From the IMG/VR virus record IMGVR_UViG_3300013800_000004, positions 1-64,000 of that record: a DNA stretch of 64,000 bases, one strand, 5' to 3'. Below, piece after piece: positions 1-8,063 of this stretch. The notes under the pieces were generated by a model. It did no database searches, was not told the DNA's origin, and was given only the letters and a program-made list of their open reading frames with translations. The translations under genes were made by a program, and so were the position numbers. The first letter of the stretch is position 1. Each line of letters opens with the position of its first letter. The stretch comes from a virus (taxonomy: Duplodnaviria > Heunggongvirae > Uroviricota > Caudoviricetes).

Positions 1-422
1 GCCAAATCTGGGAAGACGCAGAGCTCGCGGAGTACATCGAGCGCGGCCTGGACTGGTGGAACATGATGCCCCCCAACACGGGAGGCATGTCCCTGGAACA
101 GTTGATCCAACAGAAGCCCGAGTGGCGCACGGCCATCCTCTGGGAGGCGATCACCCACGCCTGCTTCGCCCTCGCCACCAACTGGGTGGCCGATGAGTTC
201 GACTACTCCATCGGAGGAGTGTCCCTCTCCATCGAGAAGAGCTCGAAGTACGAGAGCCTCAAGCAGAACGCTGAGTCTCAGTTCGACAAGGCCGCAGAAG
301 CCAAAGCCCGGACCGTGAAATGGATGCGCGGCCTCCAAATGCCCAAATACGGCATTGGCGTGCGCTCGGCATTTGGACCTGCCGTGGGAAAATCAGTGCT
401 TTCACCGAGGAATTTCCTCTAG
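1..422 (+). CDS. Hypothetical protein, 5'-truncated at the window edge. The frame is open from nt 3 and ends at the stop at 420-422.
   Basis: The frame of ORF 63..422 stays open back to nt 3 (…QIWEDAELAEYIERGLDWW…). Edge-truncated ORFs are missing from the track. Confidence 0.5.
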   Translation, partial: QIWEDAELAEYIERGLDWWNMMPPNTGGMSLEQLIQQKPEWRTAILWEAITHACFALATNWVADEFDYSIGGVSLSIEKSSKYESLKQNAESQFDKAAEAKARTVKWMRGLQMPKYGIGVRSAFGPAVGKSVLSPRNFL

Positions 423-478
423 GGGCCGTTGCATGGATTGTGGTTTGTGCTAGGATGCTCTCTGAAAGGCGAGTGTCC

Positions 479-1957
479 ATGGCAGACTTCAGTTGCCCCT
501 GTGGCCAAGAGTTCCCTACAGAGCGGTCCCTTCGGTCGCACAAGAAGGGTTGTGACCGAGCAGTCAAGTTGACCCCGGGCGGTCGGATCTGTGTGTGTGG
601 GTCACGTATCCAGACCACCGAGGTGGTGGGTCACAGGCTGGTGTGCTCTGGGCCACCCAACCCGGACAGCATCATCCTGACCCATCCCGACCCCCCTGAC
701 GACGCCACCTGTGTCTGTGGGAAGCGGCACGGTAGTTCCAGGCACCGTGACTATTGCCCTCAATGGTGGGTGTACCAGCGGGGGTTGCCGGTGAAGTGTG
801 AGGGGTGTGGGGTTGGGTTCCAAGACACCAACGGAAAACGGGTCCATGCCCAAGCATGTGACCTGTGGCAGGCATGGCGGGCGGAACGGGACCGGGTTGA
901 GAAAACCTACCCTTGTCCATCCTGTGGGGAGCTCATGCGGGGGCCACAGTTGGGGCTCCACGTCAACTCATGCCCCGGCACGTTCACCAAAGCAGACTGG
1001 GAGGCATGGAGGAACCGTGGATGGCGTGAGCAGCGGGAGGTTGAGTTCGGGCATCTCCCGGACGATGCCGAGGGGAGGTTGTTCGTCACCTGTAAGCTCT
1101 GTGGCCAGCGGTTCCTTCAACTGGCCGAGCATCTTGTCACGGCCCATGGGACAACCGCTGCCAAGTACCGAAAGGCTACGGGTGGTGAGACTGTAGCGGC
1201 CGAGATGGATGAGCGTCGCAAGGCCACGCTCATGGAGCGGTACGGGGTAGACCACCAAAGCAAAGTGGACGGGTTCTATGCGCGGGTGCTGGCCACCATC
1301 ATCGAACGTCATGGGCCTGAGTATGCGGCTGAGTTCACCGTGAGAAGGGCAGAAACCAACACACTTCGTCACGGGGATGCTCACCCCATTCGACTGGATT
1401 GGGTGCAAGCCAAGGTACGTGCGTCCAACCAGGAATCGTTCGGAACGGACTACTACTTCACCTCGGATGCGTTCAAGGCATGGTCGATGGCCAAGTACGG
1501 GACCCCCAACCCGATGGGCAACCGTGACTATGTGTTGGAGTTGTTCAAGAAGATCAGCCCGTCACGCCCCGGCCCCAACAAGTTCGAGCAACGGGTGTGG
1601 GATTTGGCCCCGTCTCTCATCTTCACTGGCAACTGGGTGTGGTGGAGGTACCTTCCCAAGTTCAGGTCACCTAAGCACCCTGACAGGATCGGTGGGCACA
1701 AGAACCCCGACTTCTTGGTCCCCGGCCCGGACCCCGAGCACCCGTACCGGGGCGTCACCAAGGTGGTTGAAGCCTTCGGTGACTACCATCACGGGAAACG
1801 CCGTACAGGACGGTCGCCCTCCGTGAATGCACAGGAGCTCATCGACGCCTACGCAGACATCGGCATCCAGTGCTTGATTCTGTGGGAGTCCGAGGTGAGA
1901 ACCGACCCTGAGGGTGTGCGGGCGCGGCTGGTGGAGTTCTGCGGACCTACTTGGTAG
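479..1957 (+). CDS. Free-standing nuclease with a tandem CxCG…H…C zinc-finger array (about 6 units) and a C-terminal PD-(D/E)xK Vsr/DUF559-like domain; putative homing endonuclease.
   Basis: ATG at 479 with AAAGG 11 nt upstream. Repeated C-x1-2-C-G-x8-10-H-x3-5-C units run from MADFSCPCGQ…. A MucR/Ros-like finger LAEHLVTAHGTTAAKYR is present. The C-terminus HKNPDFLVP…VVEAFGDYHHG…DAYADIGIQCLILWESEV matches the DUF559/Vsr pattern. It is a paralog of 32206..33468. Confidence 0.6.
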   Translation: MADFSCPCGQEFPTERSLRSHKKGCDRAVKLTPGGRICVCGSRIQTTEVVGHRLVCSGPPNPDSIILTHPDPPDDATCVCGKRHGSSRHRDYCPQWWVYQRGLPVKCEGCGVGFQDTNGKRVHAQACDLWQAWRAERDRVEKTYPCPSCGELMRGPQLGLHVNSCPGTFTKADWEAWRNRGWREQREVEFGHLPDDAEGRLFVTCKLCGQRFLQLAEHLVTAHGTTAAKYRKATGGETVAAEMDERRKATLMERYGVDHQSKVDGFYARVLATIIERHGPEYAAEFTVRRAETNTLRHGDAHPIRLDWVQAKVRASNQESFGTDYYFTSDAFKAWSMAKYGTPNPMGNRDYVLELFKKISPSRPGPNKFEQRVWDLAPSLIFTGNWVWWRYLPKFRSPKHPDRIGGHKNPDFLVPGPDPEHPYRGVTKVVEAFGDYHHGKRRTGRSPSVNAQELIDAYADIGIQCLILWESEVRTDPEGVRARLVEFCGPTW

Positions 1958-2417
1958 GTGTCGGGTCTTCGGACACGTACTCCGGGAGGGGGCCCGTCCC
2001 CCACATCATGTACGTGAGACCCTTGTGCTGTTGGATCTCCAGTGTGAACGGGCGGCAGATGTTTTCGCACCCGAACTCGATCCGCAGAGTGTCCCTCCGA
2101 CCGGGGCTACCCTTGTCTCCGAGACGGGAGACGGATACCGAGTCGGGTGCGGCGGCCACGGTCAGAGTGCCGGGACCATCTTCACGATCCCTCTGATAGA
2201 CCCGAACTTTCCCCTGGTGGAGGTTGTTGCCTCCGCAGACGGGGCACAGGAGCACCCCGCCGTCGACCAACACGTTGGGGTTGACCTCCTGGCTCGGCCA
2301 TTTTGCGCGGCACTCTGCGATGTAGTCGTCGTAGGACTGTGAGGGAGGTGGTTGACCGTCATCCTCCTCCGCGAATCCAAACACGATGATGGGGCTCTTG
2401 GGCGTGCTGTCAGCCAT
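1947..2417 (-). CDS. Hypothetical Cys-containing protein (157 aa), shortened from ORF 1947..2588.
   Basis: Start MADSTPKSPIIV… at 2417, preceded by AAAGGA and a GGGCGTAAGGG motif. The upstream extension is R/G/S-rich junk. Contains CPVCGG. Confidence 0.5.
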   Translation of the reverse strand: MADSTPKSPIIVFGFAEEDDGQPPPSQSYDDYIAECRAKWPSQEVNPNVLVDGGVLLCPVCGGNNLHQGKVRVYQRDREDGPGTLTVAAAPDSVSVSRLGDKGSPGRRDTLRIEFGCENICRPFTLEIQQHKGLTYMMWGTGPLPEYVSEDPTPTK

Positions 2418-2434
2418 GTGGTGATCCTTTCCCG

Positions 2435-2450
2435 TACCCTTACGCCCGCC
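2435..2450 (-). promoter_or_regulatory. Class-1 variant GGCGGGCGTAAGGGTAC, 21 nt upstream of the ATG of 1947..2417 (with AAAGGA SD)
   Basis: Motif recurrence, leadered form. Confidence 0.35.
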
Positions 2451-2487
2451 TGTCGGGCATAGGGACTCTCGCCGGTACCATCCTCGG

Positions 2488-2781
2488 ATGCAGGACACCA
2501 TCATTCGCCACCTCGACCACTGGCCTCCGCTCCCTGATGAGGTGGCCGATGCGTTTGAATTTCTGGAGGCGAACGGCCTCTCCGTCACCTTGCTCCGCTT
2601 CCGCCCCGGGGACCTTCACAAGGAGCTTGAGGAGTACGCAGATGACGGCCTCCTTTGGGGGGCGGCCTTTACCCCTCCAGAAGAGGGCGCCCCTCCCCAG
2701 CACTTCACGGTTGTCGGCAGCGGGGACAAGACCCGTTGCGTAGTGCTCCACGGGCCGGAGGCGGGACCCCGGGTGTCCTAG
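2488..2781 (+). CDS. Hypothetical protein (97 aa)
   Basis: ATG ORF with plausible composition, divergent from 1947..2417. Confidence 0.45.
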   Translation: MQDTIIRHLDHWPPLPDEVADAFEFLEANGLSVTLLRFRPGDLHKELEEYADDGLLWGAAFTPPEEGAPPQHFTVVGSGDKTRCVVLHGPEAGPRVS

Positions 2782-3038
2782 CGTGTGGGGTGGGGGTTGT
2801 ACACGTACATCCAGTCCATGCCGTACGAGCCGTAGTCGGCCCCAGCAGACCACCCCAAAGCCTTCAGGGCTTCGTACTCGCCCGTGCTGTTGTCGGTGAG
2901 CCACGACACCGAGTGGGTGGCACCCCCGTTCCACAGGTCCTTGCCCGCCCCGACAGCCTCCAGGAAGTCTGCCAGGGACTCGACGCGAGCACTGGTGCCC
3001 GGCTGAACTTGTGCGAGAAACCTGTCACGGGTGGTCAT
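2778..3038 (-). CDS. Hypothetical protein (86 aa), shortened from ORF 2778..3155.
   Basis: Internal Met MTTRDRFLAQ… lies 8 nt downstream of the next gene's stop at 3046. The longer N-terminus overlaps gene 3046..3528. Confidence 0.4.
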   Translation of the reverse strand: MTTRDRFLAQVQPGTSARVESLADFLEAVGAGKDLWNGGATHSVSWLTDNSTGEYEALKALGWSAGADYGSYGMDWMYVYNPHPTR

Positions 3039-3045
3039 GTTCGTC

Positions 3046-3528
3046 CTACGTTCTGGCCAAGCGGCTAGCCGTGATGTGTCCCCACTTGGCCACGCCGAGT
3101 GAGTCCTTGTTGCTGACGGGGAACTCCTGGGGGAACCGGGTGAATGTGACTCCAATCTCCCCCTCGAACTCTTCCAGAGTCAGGACATCGTCCCACCAGA
3201 TTTGACGGTGCGGCACGACCTTTTCGAGTTCTTCCGGGGTCATGAAGATCTTGAATCCTCCGTCCTTGGTGGTGAACCACACGTTGCAGGTTTGGCCGGG
3301 GAAGACGGCGTCGGCCTCGTGGCACCCCAGGGAGTAGATGGCCACATTCCCACCCTGGTCCAGGATGGCGTTCACCCGGTTTCGGATGGTCTCGTACTTT
3401 GAGGCGCAAGTGCCACACACCCCATGACGTTCCGCCTGTTTTCCGAGACTGTGGTGGGGGAGGGTGACGGTTCGGAATCCTGATCTGTCACTCCTTTGTC
3501 CGCAGCCCTTGCAGGTTCTCTTCACCAT
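3046..3528 (-). CDS. Hypothetical CxxC protein (160 aa)
   Basis: Start MVKRTCKGCGQ… at 3528, directly preceded by GGGGTAATACACAC (class-1 motif). ATGgTGA overlap with the upstream gene's stop. Confidence 0.5.
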   Translation of the reverse strand: MVKRTCKGCGQRSDRSGFRTVTLPHHSLGKQAERHGVCGTCASKYETIRNRVNAILDQGGNVAIYSLGCHEADAVFPGQTCNVWFTTKDGGFKIFMTPEELEKVVPHRQIWWDDVLTLEEFEGEIGVTFTRFPQEFPVSNKDSLGVAKWGHITASRLART

Positions 3529-4034
3529 GTGTGTATTACCCCTATGGGTGGCACCCAGGTACCCAACCACCAATCGGGCTGGTTCCGTTTCCACTTGCCC
3601 AGTCGCACCCCCCGCTTGGTTTGGTAGTACCTCTGGTACGCCATCACCGGGTCGGGGCCTTGGTGTTCCACGGGCATGGCTTGTGCGAACGGGGTCAACC
3701 CACTGTGTGGAAGGTTCGGGACGTTCTCCGCGAGGTCACGGAGGATGGCACTGGTGGCGTGGACCCTCATGTACCGTGCGGCGTACTCCCGGCACAGTTC
3801 CCGGCCCAGTGCTGCAAGCCACAGGTAGTTCTCTCGGGATGCTCTTGCCCACACCGCGCACGGGTGGTTGACGTGTGTGGGGCGGTAGGGGGCGGTCCCT
3901 CCTGTGAGGTGGTGGGCGGTGCAGAGTAGCTGTGCGGACTCCACCACCATCTTCACGACGTGGGCGTCACAGTGCCACTTTGCGGATTGGGAGGGGTTGG
4001 AGTGTAGGACGAAGATGTTCACCCCTATGGCGTC
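3522..4034 (-). CDS. Conserved phage hypothetical protein, Cys/His-rich. The start is uncertain (GTG near 4034 or a further-upstream start in the same open frame).
   Basis: Protein-like segment …NIFVLHSNPSQSAKWHCDAHVVKMVVESAQLLCTAHH…YQRYYQTKRG…. The upstream part of ORF 3522..4418 in this frame is low-complexity R/G/P junk. Confidence 0.45.
   Translation of the reverse strand, partial: DAIGVNIFVLHSNPSQSAKWHCDAHVVKMVVESAQLLCTAHHLTGGTAPYRPTHVNHPCAVWARASRENYLWLAALGRELCREYAARYMRVHATSAILRDLAENVPNLPHSGLTPFAQAMPVEHQGPDPVMAYQRYYQTKRGVRLGKWKRNQPDWWLGTWVPPIGVIHTW
3529..3542 (-). promoter_or_regulatory. Class-1 variant GGGGTAATACACAC abutting the ATG of 3046..3528
   Basis: Motif recurrence. Confidence 0.35.
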
Positions 4035-4418
4035 GTCGGGCGCGTGATGTAGAGGTTCCAGACCGCCTCGTCTGTCCAGAACTCCTGCACCTTCCCCCGC
4101 CCTCCGGGACCGGTGCCCGACGGGTGACGGACCTTGGCCGAGTAGCCCAGGGAGAAGAGCTCCTCTTTGGCAGCGAGGAGGACGAGCTCCTCGCCGGAGC
4201 CCATGTCCAGTTCGTAGGACGTGCTCCAGGGGTTCTTCCCCCCCCACCAACTTGAGCATGAAGGCGTCGACCAGGGTCGAGGCTGCGGCCTGCACCCGGG
4301 CCTTTTCGGCCTCGCGGGCGACCCTCTTGGCCTCCTGCGCGGCCATCTCGGTAGCCTTGTGCTCTGCCAACCACTGTGTGGCGGGGATGCGCGGGGCGGG
4401 CTGGTCGGTCGTCGTCAC
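4025..4418 (-). CDS. Hypothetical protein (about 130 aa) that needs a 1-nt frameshift at a G8 run to be read through. Either a sequencing indel or programmed slippage.
   Basis: GTG start at 4418 with GAGGTA 6 nt upstream. Frame A reads MTTTDQPAP…AFMLKLVGG up to the G8 run (minus strand, about 4238-4245). A shifted frame continues protein-like: GKNPWSTSYELDMGSGEELVLLAAKEELFSLGYSAKVRHPSGTGPGGRGKVQEFWTDEAVWNLYITRPTTP* with TAG at about 4025-4027. Confidence 0.4.
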
Positions 4419-4427
4419 GGTCGTACC

Positions 4428-4799
4428 TCAATGCACAGCGGTGTGGAGGAACCATCCCGGCGGGTCCTTCGGACGGCGCTCGGGGGGAAGTGAAGCCACG
4501 AGCTCGGCCAGTGCGGCGTCGTAGGCGGTGGTGTCGGGGAGGCTCGTGAGGCGGATCACCCGCTCCTTGTAGTCGTAGCCGTTGCGGTCCGAGAGGTGGG
4601 GGATCTCCGATCCTTTGACGTAGATGATCACCCCGTCACGGGCGCTCCCCATGGGGGCGGCGAGCTCTACGACACACCCACACGGACCCTCCTCGGGACG
4701 GTCGTTCTCCTCGTCCCAACCCGTCACCGGGAGCCCTGTGGCGACCCCGGTGGGGTCGTAGAACCCGTAGACGAAACGGACCACGGTGTAGGTGCCCAT
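4428..4799 (-). CDS. Hypothetical protein, paralog family A (YDPTG…PPGWFLHT)
   Basis: ATG at 4799, immediately preceded by GGGCGTAATACAACC. Paralog of 7329..7667. Confidence 0.55.
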   Translation of the reverse strand: MGTYTVVRFVYGFYDPTGVATGLPVTGWDEENDRPEEGPCGCVVELAAPMGSARDGVIIYVKGSEIPHLSDRNGYDYKERVIRLTSLPDTTAYDAALAELVASLPPERRPKDPPGWFLHTAVH

Positions 4800-4816
4800 G
4801 GTTGTATTACGCCCAG
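4800..4816 (-). promoter_or_regulatory. Class-1 motif GGGCGTAATACAACC abutting the ATG of 4428..4799
   Basis: Same motif, inverted partner of the 5063 copy in a divergent intergenic region. Confidence 0.4.
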
Positions 4817-5062
4817 GGCGGGTGTCTCACCCCACGTTCACGAACTTGCCTCTGCACCGGATGCAGTCGTAGTGCTCACCCTCGTACAGCCACGGGAGGG
4901 CGTAGACGTTCTCATCCTCCTTGGTGCCATCCAGGCACTTGTAGCAGCACGGCCCCGCGTCGAGGATGAAGCCCTGACGGTCCGTGGGAGGTTGTGGGTC
5001 GGGTGCCGGTGGTGCCTGTGTGTTGTCGCTCATGTGAAGAGTACGCCCGAGGAACTCCCAAC

Positions 5063-5077
5063 GGGCGTAATACACCC
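5063..5077 (+). promoter_or_regulatory. Class-1 motif GGGCGTAATACACCC directly abutting the ATG (leaderless geometry)
   Basis: One of 13 or more copies of GGGCGTAA(N7)ATG or GGGCGTAA(N20-40 with SD)ATG. Confidence 0.4.
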
Positions 5078-5392
5078 ATGACGATGAAGCGTGCAGGAAC
5101 CAAGCTCCCTGTGGTGTGGATCACCAAGCACGCGCTCACCCGTGGGGAGGGCGTGTACCGGGTCGAGAACGCCGTGCGCCAGTACGGCGACACCATCTAC
5201 GTCGAGCACGGCCACCGCGACAGCTTCTTCCGGGGGAACGAGTGGCACGCCACCGAGGAGGCCGCGAAGGCCCGCGTGCGGACGATGGTGGCATCCCGCC
5301 GGAAGGCCATGGCCATCGCGGACAAGAAGCTCCAGTCCATCCTGGACACCCTCGACACGACCGAGTGGCCGGTGAAGATGAGGCCCCGGTGA
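5078..5392 (+). CDS. Hypothetical protein, paralog family B (LPVVWITKHAL…)
   Basis: ATG at about 5078 (or 5084), directly after GGGCGTAATACACCC. ORF 4994..5392 starts from a GTG inside the motif. Paralog of 7713..8063, and the divergent partner of 4428..4799. Confidence 0.55.
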   Translation: MTMKRAGTKLPVVWITKHALTRGEGVYRVENAVRQYGDTIYVEHGHRDSFFRGNEWHATEEAAKARVRTMVASRRKAMAIADKKLQSILDTLDTTEWPVKMRPR

Positions 5393-5787
5393 GACGCACC
5401 ATCGAAGTCGGGGACGAGGTGGTCTACACCCCGGCGTGGCTCCACTCCACGGGGCAGACCCGAGACGACATCGCCCGCTACCGCGGTGTGGTGAAGACCA
5501 TCGAGGTGGTCGGAGAGCAGGTCCTGGCCCGCGTGGGTAGCTGGACCCTGGACGGGATGCTGGTGACGGAGGACGAGTTGGGGACCCCTTGGGAGCCTCT
5601 CGTCAACATCCTGAACATCGCCCGTCCCATGACCGCCCGCGCCATCGACATCCCTCTCTGGGCGGCTGCCATGATGGCTGGTGGGAAGATCGACCATCAC
5701 ACCCGTGAGGCGATCGACCGAGACCGTGCTCGGATGAAGGAGTTGGACGACAAGATCCTCCTGGAGTACCGGACGGAAAGGAAGTAG
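5389..5787 (+). CDS. Hypothetical protein (132 aa)
   Basis: GTG start overlaps the previous stop (GTGA). The N-terminal 90 aa of ORF 5116..5787 is an R/G-rich out-of-frame overlap with 5078..5392. Confidence 0.5.
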   Translation: MRRTIEVGDEVVYTPAWLHSTGQTRDDIARYRGVVKTIEVVGEQVLARVGSWTLDGMLVTEDELGTPWEPLVNILNIARPMTARAIDIPLWAAAMMAGGKIDHHTREAIDRDRARMKELDDKILLEYRTERK

Positions 5788-5792
5788 CCCCA

Positions 5793-6065
5793 ATGCCCCA
5801 CTACCGAGTGACTCGCCCTGAGGGCTACGGCCCCGGCACCCCTGGGTACACCGACCTGGGTGCCCGCCAAGGGTACTACACCGACGCGGACACCCCCAAC
5901 GCCGCACGGACCGTGATCGACACCCGCCTCCGGGCGGACAAGTGGTCGAGCTACCGGCCCGGCGAGCCCCTCGATGTCCAGCCCTGGGGCCGGGGCACGG
6001 GTGAGCCCGATGGCAAGCCCGACATGTCCCCGCTCGGGTACAACAGGGCGCATGGAATCCCCTGA
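5793..6065 (+). CDS. Hypothetical protein (90 aa)
   Basis: ATG with GGAAAGGAAG upstream. Confidence 0.5.
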   Translation: MPHYRVTRPEGYGPGTPGYTDLGARQGYYTDADTPNAARTVIDTRLRADKWSSYRPGEPLDVQPWGRGTGEPDGKPDMSPLGYNRAHGIP

Positions 6066-6312
6066 CCCGGCACCCGCCCCCCTCACCTACTACTGCGACT
6101 CCATGAGGCACCTGATCTGTACTCCTTATTCTGTCCCTCATTTGCACATCATGGCGCGTAGGTTAGGGATTGGCCGTCACTGGTTCCACAACTCCAAGGA
6201 CCACCTCCACTACGACATCCCCAAGCGCCGGATCGCAGAGATCCAGGCCCGGTGTACCGTGGTGAGCCCCAGGGACATCATCAAGATCATCAAGGGCACG
6301 TTCCCGGCGTAG
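6052..6312 (+). CDS. DUF4031-like small protein (…LHIMARRLGIGRHWFHNSKDHLHYDIPKRRIAEI…)
   Basis: Internal ATG of ORF 5974..6312 overlapping the previous stop. The motif resembles the actinophage DUF4031 family, recalled from memory and not searched. Confidence 0.4.
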   Translation: MESPDPAPAPLTYYCDSMRHLICTPYSVPHLHIMARRLGIGRHWFHNSKDHLHYDIPKRRIAEIQARCTVVSPRDIIKIIKGTFPA

Positions 6313-6321
6313 GGTCCGGTC

Positions 6322-6894
6322 ATGAAGATCACCCAGGTGTTCGAGCCCTACAACCACAACGACATCCAGAGCGAGCGCATCGCCCGACGGTTGGGACTCA
6401 CGTTCCACATCACCCTGGACGGTGACACGGTGGAGAACCGGGGGTACCTGAGCAAGGCTCGTGATGCGACCGACCCGGAGTTGGCGATGTGGGCCAAGCT
6501 GGTCCCACCGCAGTGGGTGCCCAAGGGTCGCGGCTACCTGGGAGACCCGGTCCCGGCGGATCGGGCAGAGATGGACGAGATCGAGCACGCTCTTGTGGTG
6601 CCCGGCCCCATCACCATGAACCCCATGGACTACGCGATGCTCCGCAAGCGGGGTCGCGATCACATGGACTTCTGCACGGACGAGAGCCTGTTGCGGCGTG
6701 GGTTCCAGGGGACGTGGAAGAACGAGTCGCCCGTGTGGGTCTCGCGGTCCATCCCCGTGGGCTACTACTGGCGGGGGGTGTACGAGCACCCGAAGCTCCC
6801 CACCCTCGTAGAGGGAGAGACCCTGAACATCCCGGACGTGGACGAGGCCCTTGTTGCCACCATCACGACGGAGCTTCGTCCGTTCCAGGTGTAG
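6322..6894 (+). CDS. Hypothetical protein (190 aa)
   Basis: ATG preceded by GGCGTAGGGTCCGGTC with no SD, so possibly leaderless. Confidence 0.55.
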   Translation: MKITQVFEPYNHNDIQSERIARRLGLTFHITLDGDTVENRGYLSKARDATDPELAMWAKLVPPQWVPKGRGYLGDPVPADRAEMDEIEHALVVPGPITMNPMDYAMLRKRGRDHMDFCTDESLLRRGFQGTWKNESPVWVSRSIPVGYYWRGVYEHPKLPTLVEGETLNIPDVDEALVATITTELRPFQV

Positions 6895-6900
6895 GTGCAG

Positions 6901-7356
6901 CTACTTGGGAACCGTAGCCCACCATGCGTCGATGCGGGGGCGGACTACGGTCATGAAGTGGTCTCCCTCCGCACGTTGAGCGGCCTCCACCTCTCGGCGC
7001 ATCCGGGCGGACTTCTCCGGGTCGGGCTCGACCTCGTACCCGTAGGTCCCCCCGAACAGTCGCACGGGATTCTCCGTGGGGCTGGCCAGCGCCCAGTGTC
7101 GGAGGGACTGGTACAGATCCTCCCTCCAAGGTCCACCGAGCTTCGAGAGGGTCTCGGAGATGCCGTCGTACACCGCAGTGTCGAAGCAGAGCTCACGGAC
7201 ATCCCCGCCTGTGAGGGCGCCGCTGTTCCACCCAGCACGGATGGCTGCGAGCCTCTGGTCGAGGGTGGCCCCGGGTGCCGCCACACCAAGGAGCATGGTC
7301 CACAGGTAGCTGCGAGCCGTCGCCACGGTCAGCCGCAGTCCGTGTGGAGGATCCAC
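6901..7356 (-). CDS. Hypothetical protein (151 aa; alternative start MLLGV at about 7296)
   Basis: Protein-like composition. Convergent with 6322..6894. Confidence 0.45.
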   Translation of the reverse strand: MDPPHGLRLTVATARSYLWTMLLGVAAPGATLDQRLAAIRAGWNSGALTGGDVRELCFDTAVYDGISETLSKLGGPWREDLYQSLRHWALASPTENPVRLFGGTYGYEVEPDPEKSARMRREVEAAQRAEGDHFMTVVRPRIDAWWATVPK

Positions 7357-7667
7357 TTGGGCGGGGTCTTGGGACGACTCGCCTCGGGGACGTACTCCTC
7401 CAGGAAGTCCTTGAGGGTGGCGACGAAGGGCTCCGTCGGGGGGAGGTCATTGATCGTGAACACCGGGTGGTCGAACTCGTAGCCGTCCCGGTCGTTGAGG
7501 AGACGGACCTCGGACGCCGTGGCGAAGATGAGGGAGCCCGAGTCCCCGCCCATGCACTCGACAGCCTCGACAAGGACATCATCGTACTCGTCGTGGGCGA
7601 GACCGAAGGCCTCGCCCGTCGGGTCGTGGTACCCGAACACCCAGCGAACAGTGAGTGAAACGCTCAT
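7329..7667 (-). CDS. Hypothetical protein, paralog family A (MSVSLTVRWVFGYHDPTG…KWILHTDCG)
   Basis: Internal Met of ORF 7329..8084, directly preceded by GGAGGCGTAATACGCAC. The longer N-terminus overlaps gene 7713..8063 and is junk-like. Confidence 0.55.
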   Translation of the reverse strand: MSVSLTVRWVFGYHDPTGEAFGLAHDEYDDVLVEAVECMGGDSGSLIFATASEVRLLNDRDGYEFDHPVFTINDLPPTEPFVATLKDFLEEYVPEASRPKTPPKWILHTDCG

Positions 7668-7683
7668 GTGCGTATTACGCCTC
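7668..7683 (-). promoter_or_regulatory. Class-1 motif GGAGGCGTAATACGCAC abutting the ATG of 7329..7667
   Basis: Motif recurrence. Confidence 0.4.
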
Positions 7684-7697
7684 CTGTGTGTTGTCTT

Positions 7698-7712
7698 GTG
7701 CGTAAATCCTCC
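7698..7712 (+). promoter_or_regulatory. Class-1 variant GTGCGTAAATCCTCC abutting the ATG of 7713..8063
   Basis: GCGTAA plus 7 nt plus ATG. Confidence 0.35.
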
Positions 7713-8063
7713 ATGACCGACACCAAGCCTGCACCCGTGAAGTCCCAACCCCAAGCCGAACCGACCCTCCCCAAGGTCTGGATCACCAAGTACGCCCTCA
7801 CCACGGGCGTGTACACGGCTGAGAACGTCAGGCTTTGCGGGGGCGAAATCTCCCGGACGATTGCGGTCCCCCAAGACACAACGCTTCACCTTGTGTTCTA
7901 TGTGCACAAGCCCCACTGGCACGAGACGGAGGACGAGGCTCGGGCTCAGGTGCAGAAGATGGTCAACGCGGCGCTGAAGTCCCTCAGGAAGAAGCGGGAC
8001 AAGCTCGACGCCGTGATGGCCAGCGTCCAGGGGCCGGTCCCCACGAAGCCCTGGGGCGCCTAG
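7713..8063 (+). CDS. Hypothetical protein, paralog family B (LPKVWITKYAL…)
   Basis: ATG preceded by GTGCGTAAATCCTCC. ORF 7668 starts from a GTG inside the neighbouring motif. Confidence 0.55.
   Translation: MTDTKPAPVKSQPQAEPTLPKVWITKYALTTGVYTAENVRLCGGEISRTIAVPQDTTLHLVFYVHKPHWHETEDEARAQVQKMVNAALKSLRKKRDKLDAVMASVQGPVPTKPWGA

Noticed and set aside
3531-3929. Plus-strand ORF 3531..3929 starting inside the GTATTACCCC motif
   Set aside because: Antisense to the minus-strand gene 3522..4034. Its apparent start is the reverse complement of the class-1 motif, not a real initiation context.
7668-7683. T7-type phage RNA-polymerase promoter (TAATACGACTCACTATAG)
   Set aside because: Only the TAATACG heptamer matches. 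The remaining 16 bp are unrelated and not conserved between copies, and the conserved part is the upstream GGGCG plus TAA.
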